Made by a program: the position numbers and the translations under genes. Positions 1 to 11,711 of a DNA stretch of 64,000 nt are shown in pieces. The notes beneath the pieces are model-generated. The model saw nothing but the letters and a program-made list of their open reading frames with translations, ran no database searches and was not told where the DNA came from. The first letter of the stretch is position 1, and each line of letters opens with the position of its first letter. Location of the stretch: positions 204,166,001 through 204,230,000 of the forward strand of contig NC_042998.1 in assembly GCF_006345805.1 (NCBI RefSeq), written 5' to 3'. The stretch comes from Octopus sinensis. Taxonomy: Eukaryota.

Positions 1-128
1 CATGTGTGTATATAAATGCATGTGTACATATATCTATATATATATGTAGACCATCTTTCGTTTTGACTTGGTGTGTGTGTATATTGCTTGTCTATATTTA
101 TGTGTGTATATGTATATATGCATAAGTT

Positions 129-161
<33 letters not shown>

Positions 162-316
162 AAAGTTGAGTTGTGGGGTATCGCACGAGTGGGATTATAT
201 AAGAAAAAAGGTTTGAAAATGCAATTTAAACGATGTTTATTTACTTAGTAAATAAACATCGTTTAAAGTAAATAAAGTAAATAAAAATCGTTTAAATGCA
301 TTTTCAAACCTTTTTT

Positions 317-381
<65 letters not shown>

Positions 382-780
382 AAGTATGCATATATACACA
401 TAGATGTGTATGTGTGTGTTTATACATGTTGCATATGTATGTACATGAACCTATATGCGTGTGTATGTATTTACCTCTGTTGTGGGTGTGTGTGTGTGAC
501 TGACTTCCATTTTTCCTGAGCGTCAAACTAAAGTACCTTGTTTCCACGCCTGTCTCTGTCTTTTGCTCTTTGTGCAATTTTGAGCCACACACACACATAT
601 GTATATATATATATATATAGATATATATATATATATAAATATATATACACATACATACATACAGGCAGGCACCTGCGCACAAGAGGGAACCAGAGACAAT
701 TTTTAATTATCATCACTATTTCATTTTACAAATAATTTGAAAATGAAGAGATCAGAATCAATAAACCTTGGGAAATTCTA

Positions 781-1010
781 TAAATGTGTCTATATGAATA
801 TAAATGTGTGTATATGAATATAAATGTGTGTGTGTGTATGAATATAAATGTGTGTATATGAATATAAATGTGTGTATATGAATATAAATGTGTGTATATG
901 AATATAAATGTGTGTATATGAATATAAATGTGTGTATATGAATATAAATGTGTGTGTGTGTGTGTGTATGAATATAAATGTGTGTGTGTGTGTGTATGAA
1001 TATAAATGTA
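781..1010. repeat. ~20-bp minisatellite (GAATATAAATGTGTGTATAT), about 10 units
   Basis: Direct reading. Confidence 0.9.
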
Positions 1011-1792
1011 TGTGTGTGTGTGATATAATAGTATTATGTCATATTAAATGGATACCAGCCACACATGCTGTAATGTCTTAGTGGAGAGACAGATTTGGGA
1101 CTGAGACAAATTCATCGTTAAAATTAATTAACCCTTTAACCAGTTTCAGCTCGAGAGTTGCGGCCATGCTGGGGCACTGCCCTTATTATTTTTTAAATTT
1201 ATTTTTCTATATTCATCCATTTACATTGAGATCAGACGTTCAGTACTACTATGCAATAGATGCGTAAATAGTTTGAAGTGTGTCTGATGATGATGATGAT
1301 GGTTCTTGTATAAATCAATAGATTCTGGGATTACCTGTCCACAGGAACAGACTCGCAACAATATTAGCACTTACTACTATGGTACTTTTTAAGCGATTTT
1401 GTCACATATATGTTTATTTGTAACCATATCTCTCTTTCTCTATGTCTCATCATCATCTTCATCATGATTTAACGTCAGTTTTCCATGCTGGCATGGGTTG
1501 GACGGTTTGATAGTAGGTGGCAAGGCCAGGAATCACGCCAGGCTCCATTATCTGTTGGTTTCTACAGCTGGAGTCGCTTCCTAATGCCGACCATTTTACA
1601 GAGTGTACTAGGTGCTTTTTTACGCAGCACCAGCCATCTATCTATCTACCTATAGACAGATGTGTGTGTGTCTGTGTATTTATGTATGAGTATATATGTA
1701 TATCCATGTTTATATATATGGATTTATATGTATATTCAGATACGGATTGATATGTATGTGCGTATGTATATATGTGTATATACATATGCGTG

Positions 1793-1823
<31 letters not shown>

Positions 1824-1984
1824 ATGTATAATGTGGAGCAGTGGATCTCGAAGCTCACAAAGCTATTTATATTTGCATGCTGTTGTTTATTGCTTTATCA
1901 TCCATTTCAAGATAGATCCAATGTTCTAAGGAAGAATTATTTCACTTTCTTGCATAAGTTTCCAAATCCTTATGACATCAGCTG

Positions 1985-2200
1985 TGTGTGTATATATTAT
2001 ATATATATATATTATATATAATATATGTATATATGTATATGTATGTGTATGTATGTATATGTATGTATATGTATGTGTATGTATGTATGTGTATGTATGT
2101 ATGTATGTGTATGTATGTATATTATATATATGTATATATGTATATGTATATATGTATGTATATATTGTATGTTATATATGTATGTATATATATATGTATG

Positions 2201-2247
<47 letters not shown>

Positions 2248-2384
2248 TATATATGTATATATATGTATGTATATATGTATATATATATGTGTATATATAT
2301 GTGTATATATATGTGTATATATATATGTATATATATATATGTATAATATAATATGTATATATATATATGTATATATATATATGT

Positions 2385-2424
<40 letters not shown>

Positions 2425-2705
2425 GTATGCTATAATATATGTATGTATATATAGTATATATATGTATGTATATATATGTATATATATATGTATGTATATA
2501 TATGTATATATATATGTATGTATATATATGTATATATATATGTATGTGTTTATATATGTATATATATATGTATGTGTTTATATATGTATATATATGTGTA
2601 TGTGTTTATATATGTATATATATGTGTATGTATATATATATGTGTATGTATATATATGTATGTATATATATATATGTATGTATATATATATGTATGTATA
2701 TATAT
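1985..2705. repeat. Degenerate (TA)/(TATG) microsatellite
   Basis: Direct reading. Confidence 0.95.
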
Positions 2706-2887
2706 GTACCAAATCCAATATAAGCCATAGATCCAACCCAGGGTTGTTTCCAGGTGTGGTATAGGTGTAAAAGAAGAACACAAATGAGGTTTCAAATTCT
2801 CTACACCTGGTTTTGTAGCCTTTTATTGATGCCTTCGTTATGCTATCGAAACAGCTGTTGCACATTTTAAATCTCATTTGTCATCTT

Positions 2888-2930
<43 letters not shown>

Positions 2931-3164
2931 CAATAAGAAAATGGAGGGGATCAATTGGTGGTTCATCAACTTTTAGGCATTATATTATGACAATTTATTT
3001 ATTTATTTACTAAAATGACAATTATAACAATATACATACATGTATAACATATTATGCTTTACATATAAAATATATAACGATAACAGTAATTATTAAAATA
3101 AAACATACAGGAATATATATATATGTATATATAGATATATATAGATATATATATAGATATATAT

Positions 3165-3369
3165 ATGGTGTATCGTTGGCGATTTTTTTTCCTCCGTCTT
3201 CCCTTCCTTGGATCTTTCCTTTTCCTATGTTTCTGACGAAGAGCTCCGCTCGAAACGTTAAATCCTCCTCCTTCTTTCTTTCCTTTCCTGAGCATCCAAT
3301 AACACTATACTTGTTCCACGTCCTCGCGTTGTTGTGTTTTCTCTTTATATTTTCATGTTTGGATTAACT
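3165..3369 (+). mobile_element. Family F1 Penelope-pLTR-like short element flanked by TA-type repeats
   Basis: Second copy at 14225-14408; contains a hammerhead motif; ends GGATTAAC(TA)n. Confidence 0.65.
3229..3263 (+). ncRNA. Minimal type-I hammerhead ribozyme motif with an intact consensus core
   Basis: GTTT / CTGACGA (3233-3239) / A / GAGC-TCC-GCTC / GAAA (3252-3255) / C-GTT / AAAT. Stem III is the self-complementary AACGTT. Confidence 0.7.
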
Positions 3370-4069
3370 ATATATATATATATATATGGCAATAAGAAAA
3401 TGGCGGGGATCCAGGGGTGGTATTCATCAACTTTTAGACATAATATAATGTCTAAAAGTTGATGAACACCACCTCTTGATCCCTGCCATTTTCTTATCGC
3501 TGTATAAATTAAGGGTAAAACAACCTTTTACAAAAGGCATCCAGCTATAGACATTTTGGTGACACATTGAAATTCTCCAATATCCAAACTTCCAGATGTC
3601 CTTGAAACTATGGATTAATATGATGCAATATATACAGAGATTATACAGAACTGGCATGGATTGTAAGGCATTAGTTTCACCTCACCCCCATCCCCCCCCC
3701 CCAGATCTCAGAGGATGCTTCTCTGCGTTTGGTAGCTAGAGATAGTGGGTTGTCTTAAATTTGCTCACAGCTTTTGATTCATTGTATCTTAACTTCTTTG
3801 TTGGTAATTATTTCTTTTATATTTTTTCTTGCTTTGACTCTCAAACAACAATCACAAGAGTCACCCTTTAGCATTCACTTTACTCTGTCGAAAGTGATGT
3901 TTATGTCTTCACAATCATTTTTAATTAATCCTTCATTATTTCATAGCTTTGAGATTTTGATGATGCCATTGTTTATTTTAAAAGTGACACTGTAGGGTAG
4001 GTGTGAGCTGTCAGATCTGACCAGTTTGAAAATAAAACAGCATTTAAACTGGATAAGGGGCCAATTTAA

Positions 4070-4292
4070 CCCTTTTGTTACTAACCCAGCCAAAACTGGC
4101 TCTGGCTCTGTGATAAAATGTCTTGTTTTCATAAGTTTTTAATTAAAATCTTCCACCAAACCTTAGTCTCAATTTGTGTTCCTAACTCTAGCTTAATGAT
4201 AATAACCAAGTTATTTTACTAAATTCTTTGTTATATTTAAAGTAATTGAAAGAAACAGAGAGCATCTCAAAATAAATAGAGTAACGAAAGGG
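4070..4292. mobile_element. piggyBac-type MITE
   Basis: TTAA on both sides (4066-4069, 4293-4296); TIRs CCCTTTTGTTAC / GTAACGAAAGGG. Confidence 0.8.
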
Positions 4293-4500
4293 TTAAGTGC
4301 TAATGGGTTGAATGGATTTAAGGTCCTTACAAATGATGAGTTAATGTTTTGCAGAGCCCCTGCGGCAATCTGAAAAAAACTCAGTCATTCACTGTTTTAT
4401 AGCAACCACAAAGACATCAGCAGCTTCACCGAGTTTAAGACTTGCTGAAATTAAGGGTTTCTTCATTTTACCCTCCAGCTTTTTTTTTTTTTTTATGAAC

Positions 4501-4665
4501 AGCGTAGGAGTGGCTGTGTGGTAAGTAGCTTGCTTACAAACCACATGGTTCCAGGTTCGGTCCCATTGCATGGCACCTTGGGCAAGTGTCTTCTACTATA
4601 GCCTCGGGTCGGCCAAAGCCTTGTGAGTGGATTTGGTAGGCAGAAACTGAAAGAAGCCCGTCGTA

Positions 4666-4712
<47 letters not shown>

Positions 4713-4900
4713 TTGTCCCCCTAGCATTGCTTTACAACCAATGCTGGTGTGTTTACGTCCCCGTAACTTAGCGGTTCGGCAAAAGAGACTGATAGAATAA
4801 GTACTAGGCTTACAAAGAATAAGTCCTTGGGTCGATTTGCTCGACTAAAGGCGGTGCTCCAGCATGGCTACAGCCAAATGACTGAAACAAGTAAAAGCGA
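4501..4900 (+). mobile_element. SINE family A (tRNA head, CORE-like CCTTGGGCAAGT, internal (TA)n(TG)n, AAAAGAGT tail)
   Basis: A-box-like TGGCTGTGTGGTAAG and B-box-like GGTTCGGTCCC; many homologous copies in the window. Confidence 0.9.
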
Positions 4901-5018
4901 GAGCATATTGAAGCTATTTTGTTTGTTCTCAGCAATGAATGAAATCCTCTCTCTGAAGCCCCATCTTCCAAACTAGCATAAATAACATCAGGAAAGCTGA
5001 CAATATTTAGATCTGAAG

Positions 5019-5479
5019 GAAGGAGGCAGCGTGCCAGCAGAATTGTTACCCTCAATGGAAGAATTGCTTGGCAGCATTACCTCCAACTTTATGTCATGAA
5101 TTCAAATGCCACTGGAATCGATTTTGCCTTTTGTCCTTCAGGGATCAATAAAATAAGTACCAGTTGAACACTGGGGTCAATGTAACCAACTTATCCCCAC
5201 CTTTGAAATTACTGGCCTGGTGCCAAAATTTGAAACCAATTTGAAATTTGAAACGAGTGAGGTTGTTGCCAGTACCACTTGACTGGCCCCCGTGCCGGTG
5301 GCACGTAAAAGCTCCCACTACACTTTCAGAGTGATTGGCGTTAGGAAGGGCGTCCAGCTATAGAAACTCTGCCAGATCAAGACTGGAGCCTGGTGCAGCC
5401 ATCTGGTTCGCCAGCCCTCAGTCAAACTGTCCAACCCATGCTAGCATGGAAAGCGGACGTTAAACGATGATGATGATGA
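5019..5479 (+). mobile_element. B+C composite retroposon enclosed by a 13-bp TSD
   Basis: TTTAGATCTGAAG at 5006-5018 and 5480-5492; ends in (GAT)n. Confidence 0.75.
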
Positions 5480-5575
5480 TTTAGATCTGAAGACTTTCCG
5501 GATGTTGGAAATATGGAACCTTTCCTAGATTTCAACTTTTGTAATGCCTTAATGATCCTCAAGCAACATCCTTAC

Positions 5576-5751
5576 TTTGTGGTTGTTCCAGGATTGTTCT
5601 ACAAATATCAAATGGTACATCCGGATGAGTCTGTGTAGACAGTGGCATCATTTGCTCTCTCTGTCTTTTTAATTCTGGTTCTTCATCACTTTTCCATAAT
5701 GACCATTCTTTCTTTATTTTTATGTGAGATTTGGATGATACGTATATAAAT
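5576..5751 (-). CDS. Candidate internal coding exon of an unidentified protein (phase 2 to 1)
   Basis: Acceptor CACTTTCAG, donor GTAAGG; only one open frame: FIYVSSKSHIKIKKEWSLWKSDEEPELKRQREQMMPLSTQTHPDVPFDICRTILEQPQ. Confidence 0.45.
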
Positions 5752-5962
5752 CTGAAAGTGCAGTGATTCCTTTCTTTGATTACCATTCAGTCCCACTCCT
5801 TCCTATTGCAATGTTCCACTCCCGTGAGTTCCTACCTTAAACTCCTTTTCCACTTCTATACTCACATCCTCCTCAAACACTTCATTTTCACAAACTCCAC
5901 CCCCACATGCATCACCACCACCAGACTCATCTGTTTCCCACTTAAGTGACTTTCCTCTACAC

Positions 5963-6189
5963 CAGCAGTTCTCAACCCGGCTCCTTTGTGACCCTTACAG
6001 GTCCATATAACATTTTCTTGTTAAAAAACACCAAATATTTGAACAATTTTTTTAATGCAATTCTAAATGATATTTAATTATACAAACATGAAAGGATTTT
6101 TTTAATCATGGAACGGTTATGAGGATCCACCTGAGTAAAATAGGAATCATAAGGGGTCCATAGAGAAGAAAAATGGTTGAGAATCACTT
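5963..6189. mobile_element. hAT-Charlie-like MITE
   Basis: Ends CAGCAGTTCTCAACC / GGTTGAGAATCACTT; internal GGTCCAT motifs shared with 14537-15114. Confidence 0.65.
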
Positions 6190-6469
6190 CTCTCTACCAC
6201 GACTGAGGTTGCAGCTCTTCAGCTTCCATCCTTGTGGCTTTAGAAATGCATGAAAAGGTAGCTTAGGGAGTACCACCCTCTCTTCAGAATATTCCCATCA
6301 AAACTGCTGAGGTGAACTCAAGAGTCTGTACTCATTTGTTCATAAATAATGTCATTAACATTGCTAATTAAATGGTTTCCTGGCTGCATGTTGTCGAGTT
6401 TGTTTTTAGATCACTTGAATCTTCCTCAAAACTGCCTGTAACAAGAAAGGCCTTTATCATTCTAATCTC

Positions 6470-6655
6470 TTAACCTTTTAGCATTTAAACCAGCTGTAGC
6501 AGGTTCAAATAGTCTCCATGTTTATATGTTCCAACCAGCCAGATTCAGCTTCTCACACCAACCCTACAACATCATTGTAAAAAAAAACGATTGCATCAGA
6601 GAAATCTTGAAGCTACAAGATGATGCATAATTAATTCAAACCAATTTGAATAAAT
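6470..6655 (+). repeat. Degenerate MITE-like repeat; inverted homologue at about 3905-4050
   Basis: Begins TTAACCTTTTAGCATTTAAACC; visibly similar to the reverse complement of 3905-4000. Confidence 0.45.
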
Positions 6656-6659
6656 TTGG

Positions 6660-7206
6660 TGACTGCCACCCATGCCAACCTCCCTTCATTGGACACTAAA
6701 CTCTGCTTGTGAAGACCTGTTGGGGCAAGTGAAATCGAAATTGAACCAAATTCGATGACTGGCACCTGTGCCAGTGGAGCGCTAACAGCTCCATCCAAGC
6801 GGGATCACTGCCAGAGCAGCTGTCTGGCACATAAAGGGCACCATTTGAGCATGATCATTGTCAGCGTTGCCTCACTGGCCCTTGTGCCGGTGGCATGTGA
6901 ACAAAACATTCGAGCGAGGTCGTTGCCAGTGCTGCTGGACTGACACCTGTGCAGGTGGCACATAAAAAGCACCATTTTCGAGGGTGGCCATTGCCAGTAC
7001 AGCCAGACTGGCCCTCGTGCCGGTGGCACATTAAAAGCACCCACTACACTCTCGGAGTGGTTGGCATTAGGAAGGGCATCCAGCTGTAAAAAATCTGCCA
7101 GAACAGACAGTTGGAGCCTGGCACAGCCATCTGGTTCGCCAGTCCTCAGTCAAATTGTCCAACCCATGCCAGCATGGAAAGTGGATGTTAAACGATGATG
7201 ATGATG
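6660..7206 (+). mobile_element. Family C retroposon, long form (internal GTGCCGGTGGCACGTAAAAGCACC repeats, GGAAGGGCATCC box, RTE-like (GAT)n tail)
   Basis: Many homologous, variably 5'-truncated copies in the window. Confidence 0.85.
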
Positions 7207-7257
7207 TTATGTTTGACACAGGAATCTGAATGCTAACGAGTTAATATCTTTCTTTCT

Positions 7258-7712
7258 TTTTTTTCAGTAATCCTTCATCTTGTTGATGTATTTATCAAAC
7301 CTGTTTGGGCCACACCTTCATAGACTTCATGATTCTTCATATTTTGTATTTCCTTGTATTTAGCATCAATTACCTTCCATTCCTCATCCTTGTCCAGCAA
7401 TGAGTAAAACTCCTTCTTCATACTCATCTGCCATAACACCTTTCCTGACTCATCTCTTTTCACTGACTCAAACAGGATCTTTATTCTCCACTTCTCGTAA
7501 TCCTATTCAGCCAGTTTCTCTACTCCCCTTTTGGCTGACTTTCACTGTGTCACCATCATTTCTTCCTCTTTCCCATTCTTCACATCCAATCATTTTATAT
7601 TCCACCATTTCATTTCTGCCTGGTTTCTCAGTCTTATCTTTTAAATGAGCAACATTGCCATTATCTTGTTTATCACCACCATCTCCCGATCCAGGAGTTC
7701 CTCCATACTCAG
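7258..7712 (-). pseudogene. Ty1/Copia-like pol fragment (linker to start of RT), with frameshifts and stops
   Basis: Translates to ...PGRNEMVEYKMIGCEEW... and ...IDAKYKEIQNMKNHEVYEGVAQTGLINTSTR*RITEK, resembling the Copia RT N-terminus (AK.KE...W....VY.EV......ISTRWVITEK). Confidence 0.7.
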
Positions 7713-7740
7713 CTTGTTAAAAACAGTTGTGTATGTGTAT

Positions 7741-8138
7741 AGGTGAATATGGCTGTGTGGTAAGTAGCTTGCTAACCAACCACATGGTTCCGGGTTCAGT
7801 CCCACTGCGTGACATCTTGGGCAAGTGTCTTCTGCTATAGCCCCGAGCCGACCAATCCCTTGTGAGTGGATTTGGTAGACAGAAACTGAAAGAAGCCTGT
7901 CGTATATATGTATATATATATATATATGTATATGTTTTTGTGTCTGTGTTTGTCCCCCTAGCATTGCCTGACAACTGATGCTGGTGTGTTTACGTCCCCG
8001 TCACTTAGTGGTTCGGCAAAAGAGACTGATAGAATAAGTACTGGGCTTACAAAGAATAAGTTCCGGGGTCGATTTGCTCGACTAAAGGCGGTGCTCCAGC
8101 ATGGCCGCAGTCAAATGACTGAAACAGGTAAAAGAGTA
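7741..8138 (+). mobile_element. SINE family A, full length
   Basis: Homologous to 4501-4900. Confidence 0.9.
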
Positions 8139-8203
8139 TATATATATATATATATATATCATGAAGAAGAATGAAGAATTATGCTTCTTCAAAATTTGTT
8201 TAT

Positions 8204-8606
8204 TACAGTTTTATTGTTCCATATTTAAGAGATGAGGACGTATGTACATTATTTACATTTGACAGATATTTGTCTTCATCTTGTTTGTTGTTAATATAAC
8301 ATTTCGGCTGATATACCCTCCAGACTTCTTCAGGTGTGTTGGGGAAATTTCGAACCTGGGTTCTCATTCCTAAGGTATTTTTTTGATGTTATTATTATTC
8401 AGGTCACTGCCTGGAATCGAACTCGGAATCTTGGGGTTAGTAGCCTGGGCTCTTAACCACTACACCATATGCCCATGAGCATATGGCGTACTGGTTCGAA
8501 ATTTCCTCAAGACACCTGAAGAAGGCTGGAGAGTATATCAGCTGAAATGTTGTGTTAACAACAAACAAGATGAGGACAAATATCTGTCAAATGTAAATAA
8601 TGTACA
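8204..8606. mobile_element. Family E tRNA-headed, hammerhead-bearing retroposon; head-to-head inverted dimer (full minus arm 8204-8474, internally deleted plus arm 8477-8606)
   Basis: Minus arm reads tRNA-like head, then (AAT)n, then a tail with a hammerhead core. The centre is CCATATGCCC-AT-GAGCATATGG. The plus arm contains GACAC-CTGAAGA-A-GGCTG..CAGCT-GAAAT-GTT-GTGTT at 8511-8556. Confidence 0.8.
8511..8556 (+). ncRNA. Minimal type-I hammerhead ribozyme motif (family E)
   Basis: Stem I GACAC/GTGTT; core CTGAAGA 8516-8522; extra A; stem II GGCTG/CAGCT; GAAA 8544-8547; cleavage triplet GTT 8549-8551. Confidence 0.65.
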
Positions 8607-9124
8607 GTTTTATTCTCCTTCTGTTCCAATTTGACACATGTTTCTACTGGATAGGTGTTCTAATATCCTTTCATGTAGCATCCATGTACATGTAGCTGAT
8701 TCGGTTGCAGTGCACATGCATGTAGGGTAGATATTCCTATCCAGCTTTGTTCAAGGGTTTACCCACATGGATGGGTGAATGATTCTGCATGTTCCCTATC
8801 ATTCGATGTGGTTGGCCAGATCTGGATTATAAGAAAGTGCTAATAAGGTACCTGTCCAGATTCCAAATCCCTATTCCTTTACATTTTATATACATGTCAT
8901 CATCATCATCATCATCATTTAACATTCGGTCTCCATGGTGGCATGTGTTGGATGGTTTGACATAGAGGTGGATAGCAGGGATATATATGTATGTGTGTGG
9001 TGTGTGTGTGTTTGTATGTATGTATGTGTGTGCATGTGTATACGAATATATACACACATGTACATACATACATGTGCATATACATTTGTTTATTCATATG
9101 TACGTACCTATATAAATATGTTTT

Positions 9125-9385
9125 GACTGGCTCCTGTGCCGGGTGGCACGTAAAAGCACCATCCAAATGTGGCCAATGTCAGCCCCCTCTGGCCCCTGTG
9201 CCGGTGGCACGTAAAAAGCACCCACTACACTCTCGGAGTGGTTGGCGTTAGGAAGGGCATCCAGCTGTAAGAAACACTGCCAGATCAGACTGGAGCCTGG
9301 TGCAGCCTACCGGCTTCCCAGACTCCTGGTCAAACCGTCCAACCCATGCCAGCATGGAAAACGGACGTTAAACAAGGACAATGAT
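9125..9385 (+). mobile_element. Family C (degenerate neighbours at 8890-8960, 9770-9950 and 10020-10200)
   Basis: Homology to the other copies. Confidence 0.8.
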
Positions 9386-9650
9386 GTGTGTGTGGTTGTT
9401 TACATCCATGCACATACAAATGCACTCACTTCTCAAAAGTATATGCGACAGCCTCATGATAGCATTTTATCTGTCCAGACGTTACTCGTTAGTTGTATGC
9501 TCAAACGGGTTAAATCATTAAAACCAACACAAGTTTACTAAATACTAGATTAAGTATTTAAATGCCTCAATTGACATTCTTTTTTTGCTTCCAGAAGTAA
9601 TTTTTAAAAAAAATAATGCTGTCTATTTACTATTAAGATGTCTCTGTATA

Positions 9651-9702
<52 letters not shown>

Positions 9703-10275
9703 TACATGTGTGTGTATGTGTGTGTCCACATCATATTGTTCTTGATTGTTTTAGCTTCCTCTTTTCCATGCCTGTCTGAGGCAGACTTTTTGCATCCGGA
9801 TGTCTTCCCTGTCACCAATCTTCATTTGGCATTAGGAAGGGCATCCAGTCATAGAAACAACACATCAAAGCATGATGCAGTCTTCTGCTGTCGGATTCTG
9901 TTAAACCATCCGACTCATACCAGTGGGGAACACAGACATTGAATGATGATGATGTTATGCATAACATCATCATTGGTGTACGTATGCATGTTTGTATATT
10001 TATATCTGCGTAAAGGTGCAAACATCATCATCATCATTCCTCTATTTTCCCTGCTGGCATGGGTTGGATGACTTGACAGGAGGGAGCAAGGAGCCGCACC
10101 AGGCTCCATAGTCGGTTTTGACAGCTGGATGCCCTTCCTAGTGCCAACCACTTTACAAAGCATACTGGGTGCTTTTTACTTGGCACCTATACTGACAGGG
10201 TCACCAATTACCTTGCAAGCCTTATATAATTGTATAAATGTAGATGTATTTATGCATTTATCTGTTCTGTGTGTG

Positions 10276-10325
<50 letters not shown>

Positions 10326-10356
10326 CACATACATATACATATATATATATATATGC

Positions 10357-10389
<33 letters not shown>

Positions 10390-10440
10390 TTATATATATA
10401 TATATACATACATATATGTGTATGCATACATACATAAATA

Positions 10441-10632
10441 TACTCTTTTACTCTTTTACTTGTTTCAGTCATTTGACTGTGGCCATGCTGGAGCTCTGCC
10501 TTTAGTCAAGCAAATCGACCTTGAGACTTATTCTTTGTAATCCTAGTTCTTATTCTATCGGTCTGTTTTGCCGAACTGCTAAGTTACGGGAATGTAAACA
10601 CACCAGCATCGGTTGTCAAGCAATGTTGGGGA
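10441..10632 (-). mobile_element. SINE family A, 3' half
   Basis: Reverse complement of the family A tail. Confidence 0.85.
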
Positions 10633-10740
10633 TATATATATATATGTATATATGTATGTATGTATAAAGAGGTAATGCAATCAAACGAACATCTGGATGG
10701 TTCTTTGTTCAAATCCACCTGAGAGTCCATCACATTTGTT

Positions 10741-10791
<51 letters not shown>

Positions 10792-11259
10792 ATGTATTTG
10801 TGTGTGTGTATATATGCAATCTGTATTATATATTCCCCTTTACGCTTTATTGCTTTGACAAAATGCTTTGAGGTACCCCGCTCTAACTCTTGATACCCTG
10901 AGTTCAAATTCTGCCAAGGAATAAAGTACCGGTCAAATACTGGGGCCAGTGTAAGCGGGGTAAACCCCTCCCCTCAATGCCACTAACCTTGTAAATTAGA
11001 CACAACTGCTGTTGATGCTGTTCCCCTGAATTCATTATTATTGTAATTCTGGCAGAGGGGATGGTTCCCCCCCCCCGTCTCATAACCGTTGCCATTTAGT
11101 TCTGAGTTCGTCTTCATCTGTTTCCTGTTTAGTTCATCAAAAATATTATTTTAGGGTCTAACTTAATGCATTATATACACGTGTTTTTCTTAATGTGTGT
11201 GTGTGTAAGCATAAGTTGTTTTACAGAAAGACGACATATGTGTATGTGTGTGTGTGTGT

Positions 11260-11310
<51 letters not shown>

Positions 11311-11429
11311 CATACAGAGAGAGAGAAAATTGCACAGAAAAAGGACAAAGATGGGAAAAATCTCACATAAGTCGGGACATCTTTCGTCAGTTATCTTCTA
11401 AAACTCATTACAATTTCGTGCTCGCTTGG

Positions 11430-11481
11430 GTATCTATCTATCTATCTATCTATCGGTCTGTCTGTCTGTCTGTCTATCGGC

Positions 11482-11519
<38 letters not shown>

Positions 11520-11531
11520 ATCGGTCTGTCG

Positions 11532-11575
<44 letters not shown>

Positions 11576-11577
11576 CT

Positions 11578-11608
<31 letters not shown>

Positions 11609-11675
11609 CCATCTATCTATCTATCTATCTATCTACCTACATGTCTATCTATCTATCTATCTATCTACCTACATG

Positions 11676-11711
<36 letters not shown>

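Noticed and set aside
6660-6740. HDV-like ribozyme at the 5' end of long family C
   Set aside because: CCAACCTCCC and GYGAAGACC resemble parts of the motif, but I could not build P1, P1.1 and P2 pairings.
8400-8476. tRNA genes (heads of families A, B, D and E)
   Set aside because: A/B boxes are present, but acceptor stems do not close and the heads run into SINE bodies.
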